From NCBI GenBank assembly GCA_965249575.1, contig OZ252244.1, forward strand, positions 1,024,001 through 1,088,000: a stretch of DNA of 64,000 nucleotides, in the 5' to 3' direction. Source of the DNA: Gemmatimonadales bacterium. GTDB lineage: Bacteria > Gemmatimonadota > Gemmatimonadetes > Gemmatimonadales > GWC2-71-9. Shown here in pieces: positions 50,852 to 61,300 of the stretch. Under the pieces are notes generated by a model. It saw only the letters and a list, made by a program, of their open reading frames with translations, made no database searches and was not told the origin of the DNA. Within the stretch, counting starts at the first letter, position 1, and each line of letters begins with the position of its first letter. The position numbers were made by a program, and so were the translations under genes.

Positions 50852-53698
50852 ATGCCATCCGGCACCATCACCGTTCGAAAGGCCCGCCAGCACAACCTGA
50901 AGGGCATCACCGTCGAGATCCCCCGGAGGGCACTGACCGTCGTCACTGGCCCGTCGGGATCGGGCAAGAGCTCGTTCGCGTTCGACACGGTCTACGCCGA
51001 GGGCCAGCGCCGCTACGTCGAATCCCTCTCGACCTACGCGAAACAGTTCCTCGAACGCATGCCGAAACCGCTCATCGATGGGCTCGACGGCATCTCACCG
51101 GCTGTCGCCATCGAGCAGAAGAACCCGACCACGACCAGCCGGTCGACCGTGGGAACGGCCACTGAGATCTACGACTACCTGCGACTCCTCTGGGCACGGG
51201 TGGGCAGGCAGCTGTGTCACAACTGCGGTGCGCAAGTCACCGTCGACTCTCCAGGCACGGCCGCCGACGGGGTGCTCAAGGATTTTGGGGGGCAGCACGT
51301 ACTGATCGCGTTCCCCATTCCCCGATCCGAACGGCCCGACCACCAGCTCATCCTCGAGAACCTCCAGGCGATGGGGTTCGTACGCGTCTTCCTGGATGAA
51401 GCGGTCTTCCGGCTCGATGCGCTGCCGGATCATATTCGGCTCGATCGGGACGGCGCGCTGGTCGTCGCCGATCGCGTCTCGGTAACGCCCGACTCCCGCG
51501 GGCGCCTGGCCGATTCGATCGCTCTCGCCTTCGCGGAGGGCGATGGTGACGCGGAGATCATCGCGGATACCGCCCGCGGTCGATTCACCCAGTACCCACG
51601 ATGCACCGCGTGTGGGACCGTGGCCCCGCGGCTCACGCCGAACCTCTTTTCGTTCAACAACCCTCGCGGCGCCTGCCCCGCGTGCAACGGATTCGGAGCC
51701 GTACTCGAATACGACGAGGGACTCATCGTACCGGACCCGGACCGGACCCTCGGTGAGGGCGCCATCCACCCCTGGACGAAACCGCGCTACGGAGGCCGCC
51801 GCCGCCTCCTGCGGGATGCCGCGCGCCGCTCGTCCGTCCCGTTCGACAAACCATGGCGCAAGCTCGCGGCGGCCCAGCGCCGCCTGCTGCTGCATGGAGG
51901 GTCCGGCCGTTTCGTCGGCGTATTCCCGTTCCTGCGCGCGTTGGAGCCCAAGCGGTACAAGCAGTACATCCGTGTGTTTCTCCGACAATACCAGCGTGCG
52001 ACAGAGTGTCCGTCATGCCTCGGGAATCGCTTACGCCCCGAAGCCCTGGCCGTTCGGGTGGGCGGGTGCTCGATAGCCGACGTGAGCCGCCGCACAGCCG
52101 GTCAAATCCTGGAGTGGCTCGCCGGGTTGGAGTTGTCACCCTTCGAGGCGGAGGTGGCACAGGTCATTCTGCGCGAAACCAGCGCACGCCTCCAGTTCAT
52201 CTGCGAAGTCGGCCTCGCCTATCTCGGACTCGACCGGCAGACGCGCACGCTTTCGGGTGGAGAGGCCCAACGCATCTCGCTCGCGAACGCGCTGGGATCG
52301 AACCTGGTCGACACCCTGTACGTGCTCGACGAGCCATCCATCGGACTCCATCCGCGCGACGTGAGCCGGCTCCTGGATCTCCTGCTCCGGCTGCGGGCCG
52401 CGGGCAACACGGTTCTGGTGGTCGAGCACGACCTCGCCGCTATTCGCGCGGCCGATCACATCATCGAGCTCGGTCCTGGAAGCGGCGAGCGCGGCGGGGA
52501 GGTCGTGTACGCGGGGGATGCCTCCGGACTTACGACGGCGGCCACGCTCACGGGGGATTATCTACGTGGGGTCCGACATGTTGCGACCCCGAGCCACCGG
52601 CGCCATGCCGGTCCGAGGTGGCTGACGGTCAAAGGCGCCACGCTCCACAACCTGACCAACGTCGACGTCACCGTCCCGCTTGGTACCCTCGTGGCCGTCA
52701 CTGGCGTCTCGGGCTCGGGGAAATCGACGCTGGTGCACGATGTGATCTATCGCCAGCTGGCCGCGCGCATTCGCGGCGCCCACGGAGCCAAGGAGCACCT
52801 CGGTGAGCAGGTCGGGCAGATCGAGTCGCTCTCGGGCTGGGAGGTGCTCGACGACGTGGTACTCGTGGACCAATCACCCATCGGGCGCACTCCGCGCTCG
52901 AACCCGATCACGTACATACGGGCATTCGATGAAATTCGCGAGCTGTTCGCCTCCCAACCGCTGGCCCGCGCGCGCGGGTACCAACCGACCACGTTTAGCT
53001 TCAACGCGTCGGACGGCGGCCGATGCCGGACGTGCGAGGGGGCCGGCCACGTGCTCGTGGAAATGGTGTTTCTGGCCGATGTGTACATACCGTGCGAAGG
53101 CTGCGGTGGAACCCGTTTTGAGCGCGAAGTACTGGACGTAAAAATCAAGAACCTCTCCATTCACGAAGTGCTCCAGCTGACAGTCGATGATGCCATCCAT
53201 CGGTTTCGACATCAGGACCGCCTGGGGAGGGCCTTCTGGCACCTACAGCAGGTCGGCCTGGGATACCTCCGGCTGGGACAGCCCGCAACGACACTGTCGG
53301 GAGGGGAGGCCCAACGACTCAAAATCGCACGGCAGCTGGCCACTGTGAGTCGCCGAACCTCCCGGCGGCTCTACATCCTCGACGAACCCACGACCGGTCT
53401 CCATCTGGAGGACGTGCGAACCCTCATGAAGGTGCTCGACCGCCTCGTGGATGCGGGACACACGGTGCTCGTCATCGAGCATCATTTGGACGTCATCAAG
53501 CGGGCCGACTGGGTCATCGACCTGGGTCCGGAAGGCGGGGCCGAGGGCGGGCGCATCGTCGCAGTGGGAACGCCGGAAGAGGTGGCCCACGCCGACACCC
53601 ACACCGCCCGATTCTTGCGGGACCTGGGGGCGCCGCGGACTGACGAGATCCCGAGCCTCGAAACCGATTACCGGCGACGAACGACCTCCGGATCGTAG
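50852..53698 (+). CDS. uvrA: Excinuclease ABC subunit A
   Basis: ARQHNLK, GPSGSGKSS, FSFNNPRGAC, two LSGGEAQR motifs, DEPTTGLH. Confidence 0.95.
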   Translation: MPSGTITVRKARQHNLKGITVEIPRRALTVVTGPSGSGKSSFAFDTVYAEGQRRYVESLSTYAKQFLERMPKPLIDGLDGISPAVAIEQKNPTTTSRSTVGTATEIYDYLRLLWARVGRQLCHNCGAQVTVDSPGTAADGVLKDFGGQHVLIAFPIPRSERPDHQLILENLQAMGFVRVFLDEAVFRLDALPDHIRLDRDGALVVADRVSVTPDSRGRLADSIALAFAEGDGDAEIIADTARGRFTQYPRCTACGTVAPRLTPNLFSFNNPRGACPACNGFGAVLEYDEGLIVPDPDRTLGEGAIHPWTKPRYGGRRRLLRDAARRSSVPFDKPWRKLAAAQRRLLLHGGSGRFVGVFPFLRALEPKRYKQYIRVFLRQYQRATECPSCLGNRLRPEALAVRVGGCSIADVSRRTAGQILEWLAGLELSPFEAEVAQVILRETSARLQFICEVGLAYLGLDRQTRTLSGGEAQRISLANALGSNLVDTLYVLDEPSIGLHPRDVSRLLDLLLRLRAAGNTVLVVEHDLAAIRAADHIIELGPGSGERGGEVVYAGDASGLTTAATLTGDYLRGVRHVATPSHRRHAGPRWLTVKGATLHNLTNVDVTVPLGTLVAVTGVSGSGKSTLVHDVIYRQLAARIRGAHGAKEHLGEQVGQIESLSGWEVLDDVVLVDQSPIGRTPRSNPITYIRAFDEIRELFASQPLARARGYQPTTFSFNASDGGRCRTCEGAGHVLVEMVFLADVYIPCEGCGGTRFEREVLDVKIKNLSIHEVLQLTVDDAIHRFRHQDRLGRAFWHLQQVGLGYLRLGQPATTLSGGEAQRLKIARQLATVSRRTSRRLYILDEPTTGLHLEDVRTLMKVLDRLVDAGHTVLVIEHHLDVIKRADWVIDLGPEGGAEGGRIVAVGTPEEVAHADTHTARFLRDLGAPRTDEIPSLETDYRRRTTSGS

Positions 53699-53775
53699 CG
53701 GGAACGCGCCGGCATTGGCTGCGAAACCGCCACTCGTTATTGACCTTACGACCGGTAATCACAATCTTGCGTGCC

Positions 53776-54406
53776 ATGCGGATCCTAGTTCTGATGCTCT
53801 TCGCCGCAGCGTGGCAGAGCGCTCAAGAGGCCTCAGGGATCGTCAACTCCAGCGCGTCGTCTTACACGCTGAGACCCGGCGACATTCTCGAAATCGACGT
53901 ATGGGGCCACCCAGAATTCTCCGGCCAGTTCCAGGTGGACGAGACCGGCGCTTTGCAGTACCCCGTCCTTGGGCGGATTGATTCGCGCGACATGACCGTC
54001 GCGGCGCTGCGGCAGCAATTGCAAGGCGGCTTGGAGGAGCTCTTCAAGAGCCCCTTCCTGACCATCACGCCGCTTTTTCGTATCGCGGTCATGGGCCCAG
54101 GTGCTCAAGCCGGGGCTTTACACCGTGGACCCCACGCTGAGCGTGCTCGACATCGTCGCGCTGGCCGGAGGACAGGCACCCGCAGGCAACCTGAGCAAGA
54201 TCAAGCTCCTCCGCGCGGGACAAGAGACGCGGGTGAACTTCGAGCGGGAGACCCTGCGAGGTTTGTCCTTGCAAGACATTGGGGTTCGATCGGGTGATCA
54301 GATCGTCGTCCCCCGCAAGTTCCTCTCAAGAGAAGACGTTGGGCTGATACTCTCCATCGTCCAGATCGGACTCACGGTGGCGATCTTCGCCAACACGATC
54401 AAATGA
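53776..54406 (+). CDS. Polysaccharide export (Wza-like Poly_export/SLBB) protein (frameshift ~54096)
   Basis: YTLRPGD, VDETG..YPVLG, G.V.KPGLY, ALAGG, GDQIVVP. Confidence 0.85.
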
Positions 54407-54547
54407 CTGTTCCCCGCTCACGAGCATCTGCCCGAGGATACGGGCCTCAGCAACAACCGAGTCTTCAAACAATTCACGAGAGCTGCCCGGCGATCACACT
54501 GGGTTGGAAGTGTGCAGCCCCGGCGGTAAACTCGTTTTTGAACACAG

Positions 54548-54623
54548 TCCCGAGTAGCTCAGCTGGTAGAGCAGGCGGCTGTTAACCGCCGGGTCGGGGG
54601 TTCGAGTCCCTCCTCGGGAGCCA
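54548..54623 (+). tRNA. tRNA-Asn(GTT)
   Basis: TCCCGAG/CTCGGGA acceptor stem, CTGTTAA anticodon loop, GTTCGAGTC T-loop, encoded CCA. Confidence 0.97.
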
Positions 54624-54662
54624 TCTTTTCGAGGTCGAACTACAGCGCCTCGATAGTTAACG

Positions 54663-54696
54663 CGAGGCCCCGGAGGGTGATCCCTTCGGGGCCTCG
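54663..54696 (+). terminator. Strong hairpin downstream of tRNA-Asn
   Basis: cgaggccccggaggg-tgat-cccttcggggcctcg. Confidence 0.6.
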
Positions 54697-55127
54697 TCGT
54701 ATCAGGCGCTCTTTCAAGGAGTTACGCCCCCTCCTACATGCTCCTCGATTCTCCAGTTCGCAAATTCAACCTGGGGTGCCTCGTGCAACCAGGGGGTTGC
54801 ACGCGCCCACCCCGCGTTTTCGTTTTCGAATTCTCCGATTCTCCATTTTTCGCTTCGCGTTGTTTAACAGACCGTTTTGCCGTGGGCCCCCTCGTTTCGA
54901 CATTTGCTAACCCGCTCCGGTAGGTATCCAGCGGAAGCCGGGCCACCGGGGTCCGGCTGATCACCAGACAGCGGCCGTGGCCGTGAGAACGGAGCCCGTT
55001 GTGGGTGTGCCGGCGACATCGCCCTCGCGCGGTGTCGAGCGGACTCCAACGGCTCCTGACGACCGTTCGGTCCCCACGGCATCCACGACGGCTCCTCTTC
55101 CGGTGGCCCGCCGCGAAGGAGGACCGG

Positions 55128-55295
55128 ATGCCGACCAACCCGCCCATCCCCCACGCTCTGGATGAGGTGGTCGCGGAGATCGCCTCGATCCTGGCCCAGG
55201 GCTGCCTGCGCCACCGCAAGAGGCGACGTCTCTCGCCTGAATCGGGGGGTGAAGCCGGGAAAGTCGAGTATTCTCAAGTGGTTACGGAGAAATGA
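55128..55295 (+). CDS. Small conserved-type hypothetical protein upstream of DUF2924
   Basis: AEIASILAQGCLR motif; GGAGG RBS. Confidence 0.5.
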   Translation: MPTNPPIPHALDEVVAEIASILAQGCLRHRKRRRLSPESGGEAGKVEYSQVVTEK

Positions 55296-55407
55296 CTTGA
55301 TAGTTCGGGCCACCGAAGCCTTCATTCATGAACGAGTTAACGCCCCGGAGACGGCGAGGCGGAGGGACCGCTCGCCAGGGGCCGCGTCCATGATCAGGAG
55401 GACTTGG

Positions 55408-55943
55408 ATGGAAGCAGACACCTATCAAGAGATCCAGGCTCTCCCGGCTGACCGTCGGCCAGCTGCGGGAGAAATACCTGGACGTGTTCGGCGAGGAGAA
55501 CCCGAGCCCGCCACAAGGAGTTCCTGCGCAAGCGCATCGCCTGGCGCCTGCAGGCCCTGGCCGAGGGCGACCTCTCCGAGCGGGCCCGCCGGCGCACCGC
55601 GGAGTTGGCCGACGACGCCGATCTGAGGCTGCGTGCCCCGCGTGATCCGATCAGGCCCGGTTCTGCCGAGGTGCGAGCGCGAACGACGAAAGGGCATATC
55701 CCGCCCTCGCGTGATCCGAGACTGCCGCTGCCCGGTAGGCTCCTGGCCCGGGAGTTCCGGGGCCGCGACATCGGGGTCAAGGTCCTCGACCAAGGCTTCG
55801 AGTTCGAGAACCGGCGCTATCAGTCCCTGTCCGCCATCGCCAAGGACGTCACGGGTAGCAAGTGGAACGGGTTCCTCTTCTTCGGCATCGCCGGTGGTGG
55901 CGCACCCGCGAACGGGCACCCGCCCCAGGGGGTGAGCGAATGA
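55408..55943 (+). pseudogene. DUF2924 protein, frameshifted
   Basis: LREKYLDVFG, RIAWRLQA..EG.LS, RDPRLP.PG..L.REF, YQSLSAIAKDVTGSKWNG..FFG, spread over several frames. Confidence 0.85.
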
Positions 55944-56910
55944 CTCAAACGTCAACCTCCGCACCAAACGGAGCCATCTACACACGCAAGTCCACCGACG
56001 AGGACTCGACCAGGACTTCAACAGCCTCGACGCCCAGCGGGAATCGGCGGAGGCCTACATCCTCAGCCAGCGGCACGAGGGCTGGACCTGCCTGCCCGAC
56101 CGCTACGGCGGCGGCGGCTTCACCGGCGGCAACATGCAGCGCCCCGCCCTCGAGCGCGTGAGCGCGGACATCGACGCCGGCCGGATCGACTGTGTCGTGG
56201 TCTACAAGGTGGACCGTCTCAGCCGCTCGCTCCTGGACTTCGCCCGCATCATGGAGCTGTTCGAATCCGGCATGGCGCACGCCTACACCCGCAAGGGAAG
56301 AAAGCGCTACCGCTACCACGTCTGCCGCAACGCCCAACAGCGGGGCTGGTCGGGCTGCCCAAGCAAGTCGCTGGGCGCCCACGACATCGAAACCGCCGTG
56401 GTGGAACACATCCGCGGCATCGGGCGCAACGACACCGTCGTCCAGGCGACCGTGGAAAAGGTGCGCGAGCAGAGCGACCGGCGGATGGTGGACCTGGAAG
56501 TCGAACGACTCGGCCAGGAGCGAGAGCTCAAGCAGCTCTACTCCAGCGTCGAGAAGCTGGTTCGCTCAGCCGGTTCGGACAGCGCCAACGGCCGGTCCAC
56601 GACCGATCAGCTGGCCGATCTTCAGGACCGAATCCGTACGACGGAGCAGCGGGTCACCGCCATCCGCGAGGAGGTCATCACGCTGGAGCGGGAGGCCGTC
56701 GGCGAAGGCGAATTGTCCCAGGCCCTGGCCCACTTCGATCCGGTGTGGGAGTCGTTGTCGCCCCGCGAGCAGTCGCGCATCATCCGGGTACTGGTTGAGC
56801 GGATCGGTTACGACGGGCGTGACGGCACGGTGACCGTGGCTTTCCGCTCCCTGGGCATCAAGGCCCTCTGCACCGAGGCGGCCGTCATCGGCGGGGAGGA
56901 CACGGCATGA
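55940..56910 (+). pseudogene. Large serine recombinase, frameshifted with a large internal deletion
   Basis: [20 protein letters not shown] and [11 protein letters not shown] are joined near 56265 directly to the Zn-ribbon MAHAYT..YRYHVC..C and coiled coil. Confidence 0.88.
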
Positions 56911-57326
56911 GAGACCTCGCATCCGACGCCGCGACCATGAGGCCCAATCCGCTGGAAGTCTCCTTCACCTTCCAGCCCGCCAACAGCCGCGGGAACGGCG
57001 TGCAACGAGACCGGACCGTCGAACCGGGGAACGTGCCGCGCAACTCGAGGCTCATGGCCCTGGCTATCCGTTTCGACGGTCTGGTCCGGAGCGGCAAAGT
57101 GCGGGACTACGCGGACCTGGCTCGCCTCGGCTACGTGACCAGGGCCCGGATCACCCAGGTCATGAACCTCCTCAACCTCGCGCCCGACATTCAGGAAGCG
57201 CTGCTCTTCCTACCTCGCACACTCCAGGGAGGCGATCCCATACGCGAGAAGGACGTCCGCCCCATCGCCGGTGTCCAGCACTGGAGCCGCCAGCGCGCGA
57301 TGTGGGCGCAGCTCGTCGCCCGGTAG
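56907..57326 (+). CDS. Conserved hypothetical protein of DUF2924/recombinase islands
   Basis: [41 protein letters not shown]. Confidence 0.75.
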   Translation: MRDLASDAATMRPNPLEVSFTFQPANSRGNGVQRDRTVEPGNVPRNSRLMALAIRFDGLVRSGKVRDYADLARLGYVTRARITQVMNLLNLAPDIQEALLFLPRTLQGGDPIREKDVRPIAGVQHWSRQRAMWAQLVAR

Positions 57327-57532
57327 GGGAAGTAGTAGCCCCCTTCCGATCCGGGCGGACATCGTCCCCCCGTCCCTGACTCTCTCCAATCGGTTCAGCG
57401 CCCTTTTTAGCCCCTTTATATGTGTTATTTGCCCTTTGATATAGTAGGTGTATCTATTGATCTCTTTGACACACGGTCGGGTGTCCCCCCGTGGAAACAG
57501 CAACTGCAATCTCCCTTGAGAGAGGATCTGCC

Positions 57533-57784
57533 ATGAGCAGCCAGGCGAGAGGAAGACCACCCATTGAGGCAATCACCGACCCACAGCGGCCCACATTGCA
57601 CGAGCTGCAACGCTTCACCAACCGGCGGGGGTTTCCCCCGACGATCCAGGAACTGGCGGACATTCTCGGCATATCGCCCCCGAGCGTACGCGACCAGGTC
57701 AAGCAGCTGGTGCGTAAAGGCTTCGTGAGACGGGAGTCGAGGAAGGCACGCGGGCTTACCGTCTTGCGGGAGCCTGCGAATTGA
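57533..57784 (+). pseudogene. LexA-type DNA-binding domain only (truncated)
   Basis: T..Q..GFPPTIQELADILG..SV...LVRKGF....KARGL; no peptidase domain. Confidence 0.75.
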
Positions 57785-57936
57785 AGTACATGTCCGACAC
57801 GCTCGACGAGATGCACGTCCGCCTCGAAGCCGAGCGGACTGAGGGTGCCGATCCGGAAGACACAGACGAGTACCGCGCCGCGAACATCTTCTGGGTACCA
57901 CCGGAGGCCCGTTGGACCCATCTGAAAGCTCAAAGT
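57781..57936 (+). pseudogene. hsdM: Internal fragment of type I R-M methyltransferase HsdM N-domain
   Basis: LKYMSD...[22 protein letters not shown]. Confidence 0.8.
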
Positions 57937-58363
57937 GATGCTCATGGTCTATGGGTTGTGTCGAGTGCATAAGCCCGAAAGTCTCGCTTGCGTACCGGAC
58001 CTTCTGGCGCCGGACGAATGACCCCGAGAACATCACCGGTATTCCATACTGAGGGGGTGACTGGTTCGGTTTCTCGCGGGGGAAGAGTGATTGGTCGCGC
58101 CCCCCCCCCGACGAAAATCTCCCTATCGCCGGACCGAGCAGGTTCGGCACGTGGAGTGACGAAAGGATGCCAACTGTAGCAAGATATTAGGCAGGCCCGA
58201 GCCGAAGGCTGCTGGCACAGCCCGACTGGCGAGCAGTAGAGTCTAAAACTCGGCGAGAGGGGAACATGGTTGACGGCACATCCCACTCGGCACGGTCCAC
58301 ACCAATAACATCCAAAGCTCCAAATACTCGGCGCCATGTCGAGCCGGCACAGGCGGAAAGGCG

Positions 58364-61300
58364 ATGGCCATGAGAACTGTTTCACGGCCGAAAATCATCG
58401 GCGCAATCTCGCCGCCTCCGTACGCTCAATCGAGCCCGCCTAAGCCTGATGTCGAAGGAGCGCAGTCCCCTCCAGCAGCGCACAGGGACGATTCTCTCGC
58501 TACCAATCCATCGGGGGGGCTGATTACCGAAGACCATCCCCCCAAGCGCCGCCGTGGCGGCTGGGGGCGTGCAGGCGTCTTCGCCGTCGCCGCCTGTCTG
58601 GCCTGGCTCGCCTGGCCGACCGCAGCCTTCGCGCAGGGTATAGGCGTGTATTCCATTGCGAGCAATGACGTGGTCGACGCCTCGGAGAAGTGGGCCGGCT
58701 TCACCATCACCGGCGGCACGGGTACGGAAAGCGGCGTGACTGTCACGGTGAACGTCAACGGCACACAGGTGGGGACCGCAACCTCGGACGCCAGTGGAAA
58801 TTGGGTGGTGAACGTGGAGGGCGATGATACGGGCAATGCGAGCTTCGTTACCACGGCCGTAAGCGGCCAATACGCCGCAGCGACGCGCGGGACTCCTGGC
58901 AGCCTTGATTTCCTATCGCATCAGAGGTCCTTTACCCCGAATCTGAAGCTGCCGCTGGTGGTGAACGCCGTTACGGGCGACGACATCGTCAACAACGGCA
59001 CTTTCGACATCAAAGGCAACACAGGCACGATCGGCCTGGTGCCCGTCCGTTTGAACCTCGGCGGTCTTATTTTGATCACCACCTCGGAGCAGGGCGACGG
59101 TACTTGGGTGAGGATCGTGCGGGAGAGCGATACCGACTACAGTCATGAACTGAGCGTGTCGCTTTCGGTGACGGCGACAAAGACCGGCTATACTGATAGT
59201 GATGCGGTCAGCCGGACGCTGACGGTGGATATGGAGGCCCCGACGGTGAGCTACACGGCGCCGTCGAGTCTGAAGGTGGGCGTGGAGATCGACCCGCTGT
59301 CCCCGACCACGAGCGATACGGACATTGCTTCCTACGTGGCTTCCAGTCTGCTGACGGGACTGAGGATAGATCAGAGCACGGGTGACATCAGCGGCACCCC
59401 GACGACCGTCAACAGCAGCAAGCAGACGTCGAAGGTGACGGTCACCGACGACGGCGGCAACACCGCCGAGGAGAACATCGAATTTCCGGAGGTGGTGGCG
59501 GGCACGCTGACGGTGGCCTTGGACGCCATCGCGGGAGACGACTACCTAAATGCCTCGGAGTTCTCCGGCGGGGGGTTCGATATCACCGGCAACACGGGTA
59601 CGACCAGCGGCGCGAGTGTCACTGTGACCATCACCGGTGTGGACCCCGGTGGGAACGCAACCCCCCAAGGGACGCTGACCGCCACCTCGAACGCCAGCGG
59701 CGATTGGGTGGCGACCGTGCCGGGCTCAGCGGCCTACATTGTGGCGAATGCCGTTTTGACGGTTTCGGTGACGGCCACCAAGACCAATTTCACCAGCGTG
59801 ACGGTTACGCGGACACTGCCGGTGGATTTGACGCCGCCGAGTGTGAGTTACACGGCGCCATCGAATCTCACGGTGGGCGTTTTGATCACGCCGATAGCTC
59901 CGACCACGAGCGATACGGATATCGTCTCCTACGCCACTAGCGGCGATTCCCTGCCGCTGGGACTGGGGTTGAATGGCAATACAGGTATTATCAGCGGCTC
60001 GCCGAGGACGGCCAACCCCAACACGCAGACGGTGGGGGTGCTGGTCACCGACGACGCCGGCAACGTGGATCGGCCGCAGATTACATTCCCGGCGGTTGAG
60101 CTCGCATCCGGCGTAATGGTTTCGGAGACGGAACTGACGGTGCCCGAAGGCGGCTCGGCGAGCTACACGGTGAGGCTCGACACCCAGCCGACGGATGATG
60201 TCACGATCACGGTGGAGCGGGTGACCGGCGATGAGGATCTGACGGCGAGCCCGGATACGCTGACCTTCACGAACTCGAACTGGAGTGTGCAGCAGACGGT
60301 GACGGTCTCGGCGGCGGAAGATGACGACGGCGCGGCCGGCACTGCCCAGTTTGGCCATAAGGTGATCAGCCCCGGCACCGTCTATCACGGCGTTTCGACC
60401 CCTGGCCTCAGAGCGACCGAGGCCGACAACGACTCGATCGGGGTGAAGGTCTCGCCGACGACACTGTCGGTGCCGGAAGGCGGCTCGGCGACCTACACGG
60501 TGAGGCTTGGCACCAAGCCACAGTTCGATGTCACGGTCGCGGCGACCCCGGACCAGGGGGGTGACGACGACCTGACGGTGGCCCCGGATACGTTGATCTT
60601 CACGGAGGCAACCTGGAATACGCCGCAGACGGTAACGGTCTCGGCGGCCGAGGACGACGACCAGGTGGATGGCGTCGCGATCTTCAGCCACAGCGTGTCG
60701 AGCAACGACGAGAACTACACCAACGACGAAATCACAATCGATCCGGTCACGGCGACCGAGGCCGACGACGACAGGGACGTGATTAAACCGACGGCGGAGG
60801 TTCAGACGGAGGCGTCGGCTCCGGTGGACGGCGCGTTCGAGGTGACGATCACCTTCTCCGAACCAGTGGAGGGCTTTGAGCTTGAAGATATCCGAGTCAC
60901 CAATGGAACGGCTTCGAACTTTATCGAAATCTCGCCGCAGGAGTACACGGCGACGATCACGCCCGAAGGGATCGGTGAAGTGAGGGTGGAGGTCCCCGAG
61001 GAGGTGGCCCGGGACGGGGCCGGCAACGGCAACCGAGCGGCGGAGCCTCTGGTGATCGAGGCGGAACTGGAGCGGCCGGAGGTAACGATCGCAGGACCGA
61101 CGGAGCCGGTGGGAATGGCGGGGTTCGAAGTGACGATCACCTTCTCGGAGCCGGTGGAGGGCTTTGAGCTTGAAGATATCCGAGTCACTAATGGAACGGC
61201 TTCGAACTTTATCGAAATCTCGCCGCAGGAGTACACGGCGACGATCACGCCCGAAGGGATCGGTGAAGTGAGGGTGGAGGTCCCCGAGGAGGTGGCCGAG

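Noticed and set aside
14782..53602. Long overlapping or antisense ORFs (e.g. 45211-47037, 35226-36464, 26394-27740)
   Set aside because: These are shadow frames of well-recognised genes in high-GC DNA and carry no motifs.
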